DNA from: a virus | Virus record (IMG/VR): IMGVR_UViG_3300006916_000044 | Location: 27,371 to 91,370 of that record | DNA length: 64,000 bases | Direction: 5' to 3' (one strand) | Part shown: positions 1 through 14,200 of the stretch, one piece after another | How positions within the stretch are numbered: position 1 is the stretch's first letter | How the letters are laid out: each line of letters opens with the position of its first letter | Notes under the pieces: model-generated | What the model was told of the DNA's origin: nothing | Seen by the model: the letters and a program-made list of their open reading frames with translations, nothing else | Databases searched by the model: none | Program-made: the position numbers and the translations under genes

Positions 1-1806
1 GAAAAAGAATTTTTGCAAGAAACAATAATTCCTTTATCTGAGTTTGTAGGAGAAACAAATACTCCAGCAAGTTTAAATAATCAAAATTATGATTTTTTTA
101 ATCCTAAGTTATTAACGGCAAGTAATGGAAAAGAGCTACCAACTTATCAAGAAGGAAATGGTGAAGATTCTTTTTCTTATGAAAGCACTGATGATTCTGG
201 TTATCCAATATCATTAAATCCTTATTTTAGAACATCCCCAACTAGAAGATATATAGATGGTCAAGATAATCCTAATTATGATGCAGAGTTTGAAAGTAAT
301 ATAGATAAAGGTATAGATGTTCATCAAAACTTTTATGATATTATGATGCAAGATAACTTTAAAGGAGTTAGAGATGCGTGGATAAAAGCATATAAAGATT
401 TAGATGATCCTAATAAAATAACAGGTAAATCAGATAAAGAGTTATATAAAGCATTTAACGATATGAATATATTGTTTAATGCAGCATTTACAGCTGGTGT
501 AGGTTTTAAAGATGCTGATATTAAAGAACAATTAAAAAGAAATGCAGAAAAATTAGGAATGGAAGTTCCTAGTGAAGAACAAATTAAAATGTATCAAGGT
601 ATGTATAATGCCTTAGCTACTGTAAAAGAAACTGGTACTGATGAGCAAAAGAATTTACTAAAACAAGTTAATGTAAATTATAGTGATAACACTGGTGGTG
701 CTTATGAAATTGTACCAGGTAGTGGTAAATTTGTTTCTAAAATTGATGGTAAAGTTGGTGATAACACAAGTCAACAATTTGTTTCTGTAACTGATGCTGA
801 AAGAGAAGAAACAACTGTAGTTGAATATGCTTGTGATGAAAAAACCAAAAAAGCAAAGATACAAGAGTGTATGGAAAAAGGTCTTCCTTTTGAAGAAGCA
901 ACTTGTGAATGCGGTAAAGAACCAGTCATAACACCAGCAGGAGAAATTCCACCATATTTAACGTTTCCAGGTGATGACATGAAAGTGGGTGCTTTAGCGG
1001 CACTTACAATGCAGAGAGATAAAAAATATGGAAGAATGCAAAACTATGATCCTCTTATGAGAGATCCTGGTTATGTAGATGATAGAGCTGCTGTAGCTGC
1101 TCAAACTGCTTTAGCTAATCAAGCTATGGCTGTTTCTAGAGATCCTTCTATGGTACAAGGTGCTGCGCAAGATCAAATAGATAAAATTCAAGCTAATAGA
1201 TATGCAACAAACACTAAAATATTTGACAACACTCAAGCTTATAATGTTGCAGAAATAAATAAAGCTAGGCAAATGAATGATCAATTTATGTCAGATTATA
1301 TGGATATGGTTAATACTGTAGATCAAGAATATGATAATGTAAAAGCACAAGATATGATGAATCTTGTTGATGCAGAAATAACTAGAATGGATAATGCTGA
1401 TAAATTGTATGAACTTAATTTAAGAAATCCAAATTATTATTTTGATCCTCAGCAACATAGAACTATATTTCAAAACCCTGAAGCACTAGAAGCATTTAGA
1501 GGTAATCCTAATATGCAACCTGTAACATTAGAAGACGCAATTGCATCTTGTAAAAAATCAGGAGTACCAGAAAATCAACTTGTAAACTGTGCTAAATTAA
1601 AAATGGAATCTGTAAATAATCCATCAAATGTTGATTATACAAGAGATGAATTAGCAAATAATAATATTGAAGATAATAATCAAAATGATGATAACACAAC
1701 AACTGGTAAATATGGAGGATCATTTAAATATGGAGGAGCAGTTAGAGAACAAGATTTAATAAACAGTAGAATTAAATTAAGAAATTGGATAATGGGTAAT
1801 AAATAA
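1..1806 (+). CDS. Virion cargo/ejection protein, 5'-truncated by the window edge
   Basis: Frame is open from base 1 (gaa aaa gaa ttt ttg), so the true start is upstream. First of four giant co-oriented genes ahead of the vRNAP. C-terminal KYGGSFKYGG. Confidence 0.6.
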   Translation, partial: EKEFLQETIIPLSEFVGETNTPASLNNQNYDFFNPKLLTASNGKELPTYQEGNGEDSFSYESTDDSGYPISLNPYFRTSPTRRYIDGQDNPNYDAEFESNIDKGIDVHQNFYDIMMQDNFKGVRDAWIKAYKDLDDPNKITGKSDKELYKAFNDMNILFNAAFTAGVGFKDADIKEQLKRNAEKLGMEVPSEEQIKMYQGMYNALATVKETGTDEQKNLLKQVNVNYSDNTGGAYEIVPGSGKFVSKIDGKVGDNTSQQFVSVTDAEREETTVVEYACDEKTKKAKIQECMEKGLPFEEATCECGKEPVITPAGEIPPYLTFPGDDMKVGALAALTMQRDKKYGRMQNYDPLMRDPGYVDDRAAVAAQTALANQAMAVSRDPSMVQGAAQDQIDKIQANRYATNTKIFDNTQAYNVAEINKARQMNDQFMSDYMDMVNTVDQEYDNVKAQDMMNLVDAEITRMDNADKLYELNLRNPNYYFDPQQHRTIFQNPEALEAFRGNPNMQPVTLEDAIASCKKSGVPENQLVNCAKLKMESVNNPSNVDYTRDELANNNIEDNNQNDDNTTTGKYGGSFKYGGAVREQDLINSRIKLRNWIMGNK

Positions 1807-1853
1807 ACTTTAAGAGTTTAATTTATTATACATTAAAACTTATAAAATTTTAG

Positions 1854-1861
1854 TATTTTTG
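1854..1861 (+). promoter_or_regulatory. Bacteroidota -7 promoter-like element TATTTTTG
   Basis: Matches TAnnTTTG in the intergenic gap, 4 nt before ATG 1866; could be chance in AT-rich DNA. Confidence 0.3.
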
Positions 1862-1865
1862 TAAT

Positions 1866-4800
1866 ATGGCAACATACCTACCAAACGTAAAAGATTATGT
1901 ACCTCAAATGAAGGCTTACACGCCTGATTTTAAGTTTTTATCAGATTCATTAGATTCTAGACAAGACAGGTATAATAAAACAACCAAACAATTAAATAAT
2001 TTGTATGGTGATGTTGTATATGCAGATCTTTCAAGATCAGATAATCAAGAAGTTAGAGATAATTATGCAAAAAGACTTGCACCTAAAATACAACAAATAT
2101 CAGGATTAGATTTTTCATTAGCACAAAATGTGCAAGCTGCAAAAGGATTGTTTAAACCATTTTATGAAGACGAACATATTGTAAGAGATATTGTATATAC
2201 AAAAACTTACAAAGATCAAATGGCTTTAGCTAATAGTTATAAAAAATCACCAGTTGATAAAGAACGTCAAAGATATTGGGAAGATGGTGTACAGTATATG
2301 AATTATATGATGGATGATTTTCAAAATAAATCTAGATCAGAATCAATGTCTGTACCTTTACCTGAGTATTATGAAAATCCTAATCTGTATGAAAAAGCTA
2401 TGGAAGTTTTAAATACAGGTGGTCCTGATGGAAAAGGTTTTAAATCAATTGAAACATATGTTGATCAAACAGGTCAATTTATTGTAACACAAGAAAACGG
2501 TGTAGCATTATTAAGTAAACCTACGGGAAGAACAATAGCTAATCCTAATTTTGATCCTAATCAAAAAGAATCTGCTTCTAATCCTAAAATGATTGAAGAA
2601 ACATACAATCCTGCCGCTAATCTTATAAATCAAAGTATAACTGATGATCCTACTGTAGTTCAAGGTTATCAAATAATGGCTTACAATGATGCAAGAAAGT
2701 TTTATGAAGAAGAAGCAAAAAAATCAGGCATACCTGTTGATCAACTTAAAAGACAATGGGTTAAAACACAAATAGCACAATTTGAAAAGGAAACTCAACA
2801 AACACTTGATAAAGAAAATACAGAATTAAATAAAACTAATCAAGAACTTGCAAGTTGGGATGCATATGTAAAAGAAGCACCACTTATTAAAGATTCAGAA
2901 GAATATCAAAAGTGGTTTATTGCAATGACAAAAGGTCAAACAATTCAACAAGGTATTGATAAATTAGAACAAAAAAGAAAAAATATTTTAAATAATCCTG
3001 ATGTAGAAGATTTAGATGCATATATGAATAGTGGTTATGCAGCGTTTATTTCAAACAGATTAGGTAAAGATATTTTTGCAGCAGCAAGAGATTATGCTGA
3101 TCTTACATCACAACATTCATTTGAAGAAAGTAAAATATACGTTGAAAAACTTAGAGCAAGAAATAATGAAAATCTTGCAAGACTTAAAAGATCATGGAAA
3201 CTTAATGATGAAATTCAAAAAGCAATAGCAGAACAAGATGCTGCTACTGTTTTTCCTACTCCTATTGGTGGAGATGCAAGAGAAAATATTGTTGATTATG
3301 GTAGCAGAACTGAAGCAAATGCAAACGGTGAACTAAAAGCTCATAAAGATATTAATAGAAGAATGATTCAAACCATTACTGCATTCTATATGGCTATGGG
3401 TGATGATTTAAATACTGAAACAAATTTAAATAATATGGCTAACTATACTGTTACGCCTACTAATAAAACTACTGGAGAAGTAAAAACATCAGGTATATTT
3501 ATTCCTAATTTAAATTCTAATAAGTTACAATTTTATAGATGGGAAGATGCAGGGCAAGTATTACTTGATAATCCTGATTTATTAGAATACCACTATAATA
3601 GAGTTGTTCAAATAACACAAGATCCAGATATGGCAGCTTCATATAAAAAGAGTGCCAATGAAGGTTTAAGAAATACTATAAGTGGGATGATTAGTGATGT
3701 TGATTTAAGAACTAGTAAATTAGGTCAAGTTAAAGACATGCAAGCTAGAGTATATAAAAATGTTATTGAAACTTTGGATTTAAGCAGAATACCAGTTGGT
3801 TTATTAGATCTTAATTTACAAGATTTAAAAATTGATTTCTTTGATGAAAATGGTTATTTTAAAACAGATACTGAAATATTTGATGGTGTATATACTGGTA
3901 TAGCTAAAGAATATTTAAAAGGTACTAATGCAAATATAGATAATGCAAGTGTTGCAAATTTAGCTAATCAATTAAAACAAGTTTTACCTTTAGAATTACC
4001 CTCTACTAAAGAACTTACTGATCAATTTTATGATAAGAAAAATAGAAATTGGATAACTAAAGAGCAAGATCCACGTTCACCTGCTACTACTGATATGTTA
4101 GTACAATTTTCAAATGGTAATGCTACTAATGTACAAGGTATTATGCAAGGATATTATGCTGGTTTACTTCAACCTGTGGCTGATGTATTAGGTATAAGAA
4201 ATGCAGGAGGCTTGTTGAGTCAATTTTATGGTGAGCCAGACAATGAAAATGAATCTATAAAATTAGCACCAGAGTTTCAAAAAGTAATTAATCTAATGAA
4301 AGCTGAGATGTCAAAAGTAATGGATAGTGAAACTGCTATTCCTTTTGAAACTACATTTGATTTTAATTCATTTTATTATGGTAATCCAACTGAAGGTGAT
4401 ATAGCTATAGCTCCTGTTATTCCTTTTAGATATGATGCAGGTACTAAAGATAGAATAGTAAACAAAGAATTAGATAAATTTTTTGGTGCTATTGATAACA
4501 TGCCAGATAATCAAGTATTTATGACTGAAGGTGATGCTGGTGCAGCATTTAGTATGGAGTATAGTGAAAATGATAGAAGAACTGCAGAACTTGTTTTAGA
4601 AGCTATTAGAGCTGATAGAAACTATAAACCAGGTGGTGGAGCTGAATCAAGCGGTACACCTGGTTATAGAATAGAATATAGTTCTGTTGGTGGTGGTGAA
4701 GAAGCAGGTGGAAAATATGCAATGTATAAATTTATATTAGATCCAGATTATGCAAAAAAAATTGCTAGTAATATAGATGTTAATTTTGGAGATGGTTCTA

Positions 4801-5231
4801 CAAAAATTAAAGATCAAACTATTACAGTTTTTCTTAATAAAGATTTATTTACTAATGTAGATTTTGATCCAGAAGCACAATATAGATCATATGTAAAAAC
4901 TTTAATTCTTGATCCAACAAATCAAGGTACAGCTTCATTATTAGTTCCTAATGGTGGCCAAGTTAATTTTGAAATGAATCAAGGTATTGTATATGCTAAA
5001 ACGGCAAGATATAGATATGATGTAAATACAGGTAATATGGTATTGGATGATTTTATTACAACACCTATGATTGATAATACTACGGGTGCTCCATATTCTG
5101 ATCAAGGTATTGATAAAGTATATAATCAACTACAAGAACAATTACAACAGTTTGCAACAGAAAACTTACAAGCACAAAAAAATCATAAACTAACTCAAGG
5201 TTCTGCTGATGAATCTGAAAATGAAGAATAA
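1866..5231 (+). CDS. Large virion cargo/ejection protein (1121 aa)
   Basis: Long ORF with coiled-coil character directly upstream of the vRNAP gene, as in crAss-like cargo clusters. Confidence 0.6.
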   Translation: MATYLPNVKDYVPQMKAYTPDFKFLSDSLDSRQDRYNKTTKQLNNLYGDVVYADLSRSDNQEVRDNYAKRLAPKIQQISGLDFSLAQNVQAAKGLFKPFYEDEHIVRDIVYTKTYKDQMALANSYKKSPVDKERQRYWEDGVQYMNYMMDDFQNKSRSESMSVPLPEYYENPNLYEKAMEVLNTGGPDGKGFKSIETYVDQTGQFIVTQENGVALLSKPTGRTIANPNFDPNQKESASNPKMIEETYNPAANLINQSITDDPTVVQGYQIMAYNDARKFYEEEAKKSGIPVDQLKRQWVKTQIAQFEKETQQTLDKENTELNKTNQELASWDAYVKEAPLIKDSEEYQKWFIAMTKGQTIQQGIDKLEQKRKNILNNPDVEDLDAYMNSGYAAFISNRLGKDIFAAARDYADLTSQHSFEESKIYVEKLRARNNENLARLKRSWKLNDEIQKAIAEQDAATVFPTPIGGDARENIVDYGSRTEANANGELKAHKDINRRMIQTITAFYMAMGDDLNTETNLNNMANYTVTPTNKTTGEVKTSGIFIPNLNSNKLQFYRWEDAGQVLLDNPDLLEYHYNRVVQITQDPDMAASYKKSANEGLRNTISGMISDVDLRTSKLGQVKDMQARVYKNVIETLDLSRIPVGLLDLNLQDLKIDFFDENGYFKTDTEIFDGVYTGIAKEYLKGTNANIDNASVANLANQLKQVLPLELPSTKELTDQFYDKKNRNWITKEQDPRSPATTDMLVQFSNGNATNVQGIMQGYYAGLLQPVADVLGIRNAGGLLSQFYGEPDNENESIKLAPEFQKVINLMKAEMSKVMDSETAIPFETTFDFNSFYYGNPTEGDIAIAPVIPFRYDAGTKDRIVNKELDKFFGAIDNMPDNQVFMTEGDAGAAFSMEYSENDRRTAELVLEAIRADRNYKPGGGAESSGTPGYRIEYSSVGGGEEAGGKYAMYKFILDPDYAKKIASNIDVNFGDGSTKIKDQTITVFLNKDLFTNVDFDPEAQYRSYVKTLILDPTNQGTASLLVPNGGQVNFEMNQGIVYAKTARYRYDVNTGNMVLDDFITTPMIDNTTGAPYSDQGIDKVYNQLQEQLQQFATENLQAQKNHKLTQGSADESENEE

Positions 5232-5233
5232 AG

Positions 5234-8200
5234 ATGGCTGAAGATATTTCAAATCTAAACATAAACTTTAATCCTCAAGTAAATAATCAACCAACTGAAC
5301 CAAAAACAGTTAGTACTGAAGATGTTAATGAGGGTATAATTGAAAGTCCTAATTTTTCAATAAAAACTCCAACAGGTAAATTTACTCCAACAGATATACC
5401 TGCTGTAGATGTAGATTTTAATGCTATTAGAAATGAGTTATTTATACCAAATTCAGGAGAACCTATTCGTACAAGTATTGATCCTACTGTTATTAAAAAT
5501 GCAGAAGTATTAGCAAATACATTAAATTACAATCCTGTTGTTATGGATTATCCATATAATATGGATCCAAACTCAGCATTATTTAAATTAGATAAACCGC
5601 AAGATGATAGTTTAGCAAATACTATATTAAATTTTGAAGATGTTACAACACCTTCTGTTGCTGACCCTGTTTCTTTACAACCATTAAAGTTTGATAAAAA
5701 AGCAACAAACTATGATAGATATAATGCTCCTGGCTTTAAACATTTATTTAATAAGATAGGTTTTCATCCATATGTAGATAATGAAACTGTATATAATGCA
5801 AACTCTACATGGTGGGATGAAAATGCTAGAATGAGAGGACAATGGGGTAGAATATTTAGTACTGGGTTTATGAGTACCTATGATGCTATAGGTGATGCAT
5901 TTGCTGGTAATTATTTAACAGGAGATCGTGATGGAGCTGAAGTATTTGAAGATGCTATGAGAATTGCTAACTCTTCTAAGAGTGGTATAGGTGCATTTAC
6001 AAATAATCTTATGCTTAATTCAGGATATACTTTTGGTATTCTTGCAAATATTGCTGTAGAAGAACTTGCGCTTGCAGGTCTTGAAGCTGTAACACTTGGA
6101 GGTGCTACTCCTATTGTTGCTTCTAGAACTGCTTATAATATAGTTAGATTAGGTAAAGCAGCAGATAATGTTTTAGATGTAGGAAAAAATACCGCTAATA
6201 CAGTTAAGTTACTTGATAAATTAAAAGACGCTAATTCAGCAAGAGATTATTGGAGAGCTGGTGGTAGATGGGCTTTAAATATATTTACACCTCAAACATA
6301 TAGAGCTATAAAAGATGTTTCAACTGCACGTGAAGGTGCAAAAGCTTTATCATTAATGGCTAAAACTGCTAAGACAGCAGGTGGTTTTTACAGAGATGCA
6401 AGATCAGTTAACTTAGCTATAGCAGAAAGTAAATTAGAAGGAGGTCTTGTACAAAATAAACTATATAATGATCTATATCATGATTATGTAGCTAAGTATG
6501 GAGAAAGACCTACTGGTACAGCATTAGAAGAAATAAATGATAAAGCTGCTGAAGCTGCATTTACTACATTAGCATGGAACTTTCCTGTTATTTTCTTTTC
6601 TAATCAATTTGTATTAGGTACTGCCTTTAGAGGATTTAGAGGAGTATCAAGCATTTTAAGTAAATCAGCTGGCTCATTAGGTAATAGAGTAATGAGAAAG
6701 TCTGCTAAAAGACTTGCAAAAGAAACAACAGAAGGTGCTGCAAAAGAACCATTTAAGTTATTAAGTAAAAATAGATTTAAAAGAATTTTTGAAAGAGGTA
6801 TATACGGTAATTTATCTCAAGCAGGTGCTAGCTTATTAAGATATTCTTCAGCGAATCTGGCTGAAGGTTTTCAAGAAATAGCTCAAGAAGCTATTGCTGT
6901 AGGTGCAGAAGATTACTATAAAAATCTTTATAATGATCCAGCAATGGGTGGTCTTGATGCACAAATGGCATCTATATATTCAGGTATAAGTTCACAAATG
7001 AGCGGTCAAGGATTTGAAGTATTTATGTCTGGATTTTTGATGGGTGGTTTAGTTCAAGGACCACAAAAATTAGTATTTAATGGATTACCTAATTTATATA
7101 CTAGATTTTCATCTCCTGAAGATTTTGCAAAACAAAAAGAAAATGAAGAAACCTATATAAAAGAAGCTGTAAATACATTAAATAAAATGTATGCAGATCC
7201 TATGATGTATTTTGATGCAAACAAAATGAATGCAATGTTTCAAAAAGAAGCAAGTCAAGATATGTTTGATTCTACATTTGATGGAGACATAAGATCATTT
7301 ATGGATAAAAAAGCTGCTTTAGTATTTAATCATTTATATACTGCTGCTGAATTAGGTAAACTTAATGATTTTGCATCATTATTTGAAGACATGCTTAAGT
7401 TAGATGATGCTATGTTAGCAGAAGCTATGCCTGATCAAACAGCAGAAGATATAAAATCAGGTAAAACAAGAGAAAGAATTCAAGATATGATTACTAAAGC
7501 TGATGATATGCGTAAAGCATATGATAAGCTTAATGAAGAAATTATTAATCCTTTTGACCCATCAACATTTAAAAAAGGCACAAGAGATTATAATGAAGAA
7601 GCAATTAAGTATGCAGCTTTTGATCATGCTAAAAAAATGGCAATGTTTGCCAGATCTCAATTTGAAAATGCTACAGTTAGAATTGCATCAATGTATTCTG
7701 AACTAAGTACAGATCCTATTATTAAAAAAATGGCAGCTAATGATATTGATGTGCTTACTGATTTACAAGCATTAATATCTGAAATTAATTTACTAAAAGA
7801 TGAAATAGAATTAGCTACTGCAGAAACAACAACTACTGAAGAAGTTGTAGATGAAAAAACAGGTGAAACAATTATAAAAGAAACTACTGCAAAACCTGAG
7901 TTAAGTGCAGATGAGCAAATTGCATTAGAACAAAAAACAAAAAAATTAATTGCATTACAAAATGTATTTAATGTATTAACTGATCCAGCTAATGTAAAAG
8001 AAAGAGAAGTTTTTTCAGATGCTGAATTAGAAAAAATAGAAGACTTAACTGAACGTGCAAAAGAAAAAACATCACGTGATAATAGATTAAAGTTAATTGA
8101 TAAACTAAGGGAAGATATTCTAAGTACAGGAGTTAGAGATAAATCTCAAGAAATAAAAGAAGTTATTGTTAATGCATTTTCTAACTCTAATTTAATGAAC

Positions 8201-11200
8201 TCACTTGGTGAATTTGATATAGCTAATCGTGATAAATTTAAAACTGTACTTGAAGAATATTTAAATGTTCTTGCTGAACAATTAGGTGACACAATACAAT
8301 CAGATAAAATTGATCAATATGTAGATGCAATTTTAGATTCAAAAAGTCTTACACAAAGACAACAAATTTTAAGTAGAGCAGTAAGAACAATTTTAGCTCC
8401 AGAAAATCTTGACAAACTTGCAGAAAGAATTGAGCCAAGATTTAAAAGAATGTTTCTTGATAACAAAAACAAAGTTGAAGCAAGATTAAGAAAATACCTT
8501 GATGTAACTAAAACCAATATTTGGTTAAATGAATTATCTGGTATGGGTGTTTATCCTGATCATACTGAATTAATTCAATATTTAGAAAACAACGGCCCTA
8601 TTCCTCAAACATATTATACAGAAGAAGGTTTATTAACAGAAGAATCAGCACAATGGGAAAAAGCTAATTATGTTATATCTGCTCAAGAAAATTTAACTAA
8701 AAAAGAAACACCACAAGAGACAGCTCAATCTGAAGATAGTGCTGATATAGAAGATAATATTGACTATGAAGAAAACTTTCTTCAAGAAGATACTGAAGAT
8801 GTAGAAGGAGTTGATGTAGAAATACCAAGTAATCAAGGTGATTTATATTTAAAAGGTAAATGGATTAAATATGTAGAAACACAATCAGCAAACAATAAAA
8901 AATATTTAGAGTTTTCTGATTGGGTTAAAAGTAAATTATCTAAACAAGATAGATTACAAGCTGCTGCTATTGAAGATATATATCAACAAGTATATTCTCC
9001 ATTACTTCTTAAAAATCCAAAACTAGGTTCTTTTTATACATGGTTAGGTACTCAAGTTGATAATGAAAAAATTCAAGATATTCTTACATTTAGAAATGTG
9101 TCTCTTTATAGTTTATTACCAGAGACTAAAAGTTCAACTATCAAAGTTGCAAATGAAGATGTAATTGATAAAGAAACAGGTAAAAAAGTAAAAGTATATT
9201 ATCATACTGATGAAAAAGGTAACCGTATAGATAATGAAGCATTTCTTACAAAAAAAGAAGCTGTTGAAACAAAAAAGAAAAAAGTTAATGAGAAGAAAAA
9301 GAAAAAACCAAATGAATTTACTTATGGAAAGTTTAATGGTGTAGATAATCCAAAATTAGCTAAAGGTACATTACTAATTAAAAATAATGTTTTGTATGTA
9401 GTAAAGTCTACTGATACTATGATTGCTGATAAAGGTAACTTATATATTAGAGAGCTATCAAAAGAATCTAGTAAAGATAATAATAACAATATATACTTAA
9501 CTGTTGAACAAGCAAATGATTATGAAATAGCATCAAACAAAGATATTAACTATGTAAAAAATACTTCTAAATTAAAAATAGAAGAAGCAACTAAAGTTAA
9601 TCCAACTTATGATAGATCAATTACTAACAGAGCAGAACAAATAGAAGCTGGTGTAAATAAACAACAAAATCTTCTTAGAAATCTTACTTCAGATGTAATA
9701 GGTGGTTTAAAGTTACGTATATCTTTAGGACCTAATCAATCAAACATAAATATACCATTTGAAGATAAAGAAGCTTTTCAATTTGGTACTCAAAATGAAA
9801 ATCCAAAAATAAAAAAGAATGCTCAACTGTTATCTGTAGAAATATATGATGCTAATGGTAGTTATGGTTATTTTCAAGGACCTGAAACTTTACTTTTGGC
9901 TGATGCTCAAGGTAACCCTATGTCTCCTTTTCAATTAACTGAAAATAATTTAGCTGAGTATTTTGATATTCCAAAAAATATGTCAACTGCTGATGCACTT
10001 AACTATGTTCAATTAAGTTATGCAGAAGCTTACAAAATTTATGATACATTTAAACCTTTATTATCTACTCAAAGTTTAGTAGAAGTTAATTTAAGTGATT
10101 TTCCTGAATTAATGGTAACACTTTCTGAAGGATCATTAACTAGAAGTAAATCAAATCCTTTAATTACATTTGATTCTCTTGATACAATGTTTGTTGGAGA
10201 TGATACTTCAGTTACTGTAGATGGTGAAAAGCCTTTCTTTATAATGGATTATAGTAGAAGGTATACCAGACCTAAGAACAAGAAAGAAAAAATGAAAGTT
10301 CAAGGTGTGCCTATTACTAATATTGATCAGTCATCAAAATTCTTTAATGCTATGATGGCCGAAGTTGATGCTATGGAAGAAAATTATGATGTTCTTAACA
10401 GAATGGGTAAGTATATTGCTTATGTAAAACTTCCTAATGGTAAAGGTGCTTTTGTAGGTTTAACAGCTCCAGTATATAGTCCAGAAAACTTTAATACATT
10501 ATTAACAGAAATTCAAGAAAAAGCTTCTGATCTTTTAGCTAATAATGTAAATGCAGATGGTACAGTTAAAAGTAAAACTGCAGCTAAAACTATAAATGAA
10601 AAAATACAAAATGAAATATATTTAGCTGCTGAACCAGGTATATATGTTGAATTAAGTCTTGCTAATGATGGATCATTACGTGTTAAATATACTAACATGA
10701 ATGAAACTAGAAATAGTAAGAAAAGAACAGCGCAAGGTTTTATCTCTAATGAAGAGTTAATGACATTTAAAGATGTTCAAGAAGTAATAAATAAATTAAA
10801 TGCTTTTATACAACCTATATATCCAAAAGGATTTAAACTAGATTCTATTAAAACATCTATACAAAAAGGTGAAACAGATATTGCTATCTTTGGCACATTA
10901 GAAACTCAGTTTACTCCAGAAATAAAAAATAATTTTAAATTACAACTAAGAGTAAATCCAAATGTTATTAGTATTGATCAAGTATTAAGAAATGCTTTTA
11001 ATACTAATATACCTGAGTCAACTGAAACAATAGATAATTCTACACCTGTAGTAGAACCAACTGCTGAAGAAAAAGAAGATATAATATTAAATGATTATGA
11101 AAATGTTGACGCTAACTACCTTTTAGAAATTGTAAGAAAATCACAGCAAGGTAAAGAGTTAACAGACTTTGAACAATCTGTTTTAGATAATACACCTGCA

Positions 11201-14200
11201 GAAATGATAGCTGGTTTATCAATACAGGTACAAAATGAAAGTACTACTGATATAAGTAATGCAGAAGTTCTTTTAGATCAAAACTATCAAGGAATTAGTT
11301 TTAAAGCTGAAGAAGATTTAAAAACATTTGTTGATAGATATTATGAATCAAGGTATCAACAAATAAAAACAAGTCAGCCTGAATTAACTGATTCAGATAT
11401 TATTGATATTGTAAATGCTGAAATGAAGGATATTGAAACAAATGCTAATAATCCTTTACATTCAGGTTATCTTACATTAAAAAGAATACAGGAAGATGCA
11501 GAAGGTAAAGCTTTTAAAATTACAGAAAATTTTGATGGCTATGATATTGAAGACATTAATACTTTTACTGATTGGGTTCGTGACAATATAAATACTGATG
11601 TCATAAGTTTATCAGTTGATAATCTTCAAAACAACATGATTAATGGTCAAATGATTGCAGGTCAATTTTTGATACATACTCATAATTTAGGTTTGTCTGG
11701 AGAAATTTCTGTAGGTACTAATAATCCTTTTAAATATCATGAAGCATTTCACGCTGTGTTTAGAATGTTCTTAACAGAAACAGAAATAAAAAGATATTTA
11801 AAATCTGCAAAGAAAGATGTTCTTGCAAAACTAAGACGTGAAGGTAAATCATTAACTGATGAATTAGCATCATTTAGAAAATCACATGGTATATATGCTA
11901 AACTATCTAGAAAAGAATTAGAAGAAAGATATTTAGAAGAGTTTATGGCAGATGAGTTTGAGGCATTTAAAATGAAACAAAAAACAAATGCAAGCTCTGA
12001 AACTAAAAGTTTATTCCAAAAGATTTTAGATTTTATTAAAGAGTTACTAGGTTTCCCAACATATAAACTAAACAGATTATACAGAGACATAAACAATGGT
12101 AAATACAAACGTGCAGGAGTACAGGAAAATAGATTTACTACTGCTGCATCTTCTACACCTTCTGTTGCATATAAGTCTCTTACTTTAGGTACTAAAAAAA
12201 TTAAAACAGTAACTAATACGGGTGAAAAATTTAAAACTATAATAAACTTTATGCCTAGTAATGATCAACATATTATTGTATCATCTGCTGCTAATTTGTT
12301 TATTATGAGAAAAAACAATGCAAAAGGTGATGTTAATACTGCTGAAATGTTAGATGGTGTTATAAATGATATTATTGAAAACTATAACTCAGAAAGACAG
12401 TTCTATAAGGACAAAGGTTTTATGTGGTATAAAGACAATATGTTAAAGATCCGTAATTATTATGACTCATTAACACGTCAAAAAAATGATTTAAAAGAAC
12501 TTGTTAGATTAAGATTAGATGAAGTAAGTAATGCTATTTTATTAAATCAAGAAGAATTAGATCAAGAAGAAGCAGATTTAGGAGATATTACAGTTGATCA
12601 GTGGGATAAAACTTCTGAAATGATTGGTGGTTTTGAAAGTGCACCAAAATTAATTAGAGAGTTATTTGCTACAGTTAGTATTGATAACCAAGATATGTTT
12701 GGTAACAAGATTATAGGAGAAAACAAAAATGAACCTATTAGAGTTGGTGTTAACTATAGTAAAGTATATGATTCAATTTTAAAAGCTGTTGCTAATGAAC
12801 CAAGTGCTAAAAAAAGAATGAAAAAACTTTGGGTATGGTCACAAGGTAGCAATGTAGAAACAAGAGCAGTTGTTGTAGAAATGTTTAAACAACTAGGATT
12901 ATTAAAAGCTGCTCAAGATGGAACATTATTTGATCCAGCTCAACCATTTCCAAGTTTAGAAAGTGAAACAGGTATAAGATCTACATTGTATAACATGATT
13001 AACAATCAGTTTGAAAATTATACCGTTCCTTATTTAATTCAATTAGTTGATAAAAATACAGGAGTTGTACAAATATTTGAAGCTAATAAAGCTGACGATG
13101 CTCATAATACTTTAGTTCAATGGGCAGAAAGCTTTAATAGAAAATATTCAGAAATAAGAATAGTTGGTAGTAAAGAAAATAAAGCTGCAAGAGATGCTAT
13201 AAATAGATTATCTGGATTTTTAAATATGCCATCTATTCCTGAAAAAATGGATATTATAAATGAATCAATGGTAATATCTGATTTAATTTTTGATACAACA
13301 GGTATGAAGTTTGATTCTAACTATATTTTGTTTAGTCTTTACAATAGATTAATTGATTTAAATATAGAAATTCCTGAGTCACAAAAATTACTATTTGATA
13401 TGAATCAATTTGCTGATCCTATTTCAGCAGAAGAATTATCTGAAATTGTACAAGCATTAAACTCAGGTGAAAATTTATTTTTAGATAATCAAGAATTAGA
13501 TACCGAAGATGTTGATGAAGCTACAGATGATACTCAACAATATTATGAAGGTGGTGTTAAAGGTAGATTAAGAAAAATATCTTTAAACAATGCTTATTTT
13601 GATGAAACAGTTGGTGCATCTACATTTATAAATGAAGAAGGCAATAGAATTTACGGACATCAAAGACCTACATTTCATCTTGTTGAATTAGCAAGAATGA
13701 CTACAGAAGAAAATTATGTAGAGAATAGAATTGCAGAAGATCCATTTTTAGAAGATAACTTTTTGTTAACTGATGAAAAGTTTAAATCAATGCAAGAAAA
13801 AGGCCAGATTAAAATTATGCGTATGTCTGGTCAAAAAGTTGGTGTAGCAAATTTAACAGCAGAAGGTATTGTAAAAGAAAATAAAGGTTATAATAAAGCA
13901 AATAGACAAGGTACAAAGTACGGTTCTTTTACACCTCAACAATTTATTGTAACATTAGTAAATAATTATACTGCTGGATATAATAGAGTAAATCCTGATA
14001 AATCACTTAAAGGTAGTTACATTGATCCAGTAACTAAAGAACCAGTTGATTTTGCTATTTCTCCTAATCTTATACGTGTTATTGAAGCTAGTAATACAGG
14101 TGACTTTGCTATGCTTCCTGTACATAAAATGATTGAGTTTGATGCAGATGGGACGGTTAATCTTACTGATCAAGGATATAAAGCATTTGAAAATATTATT

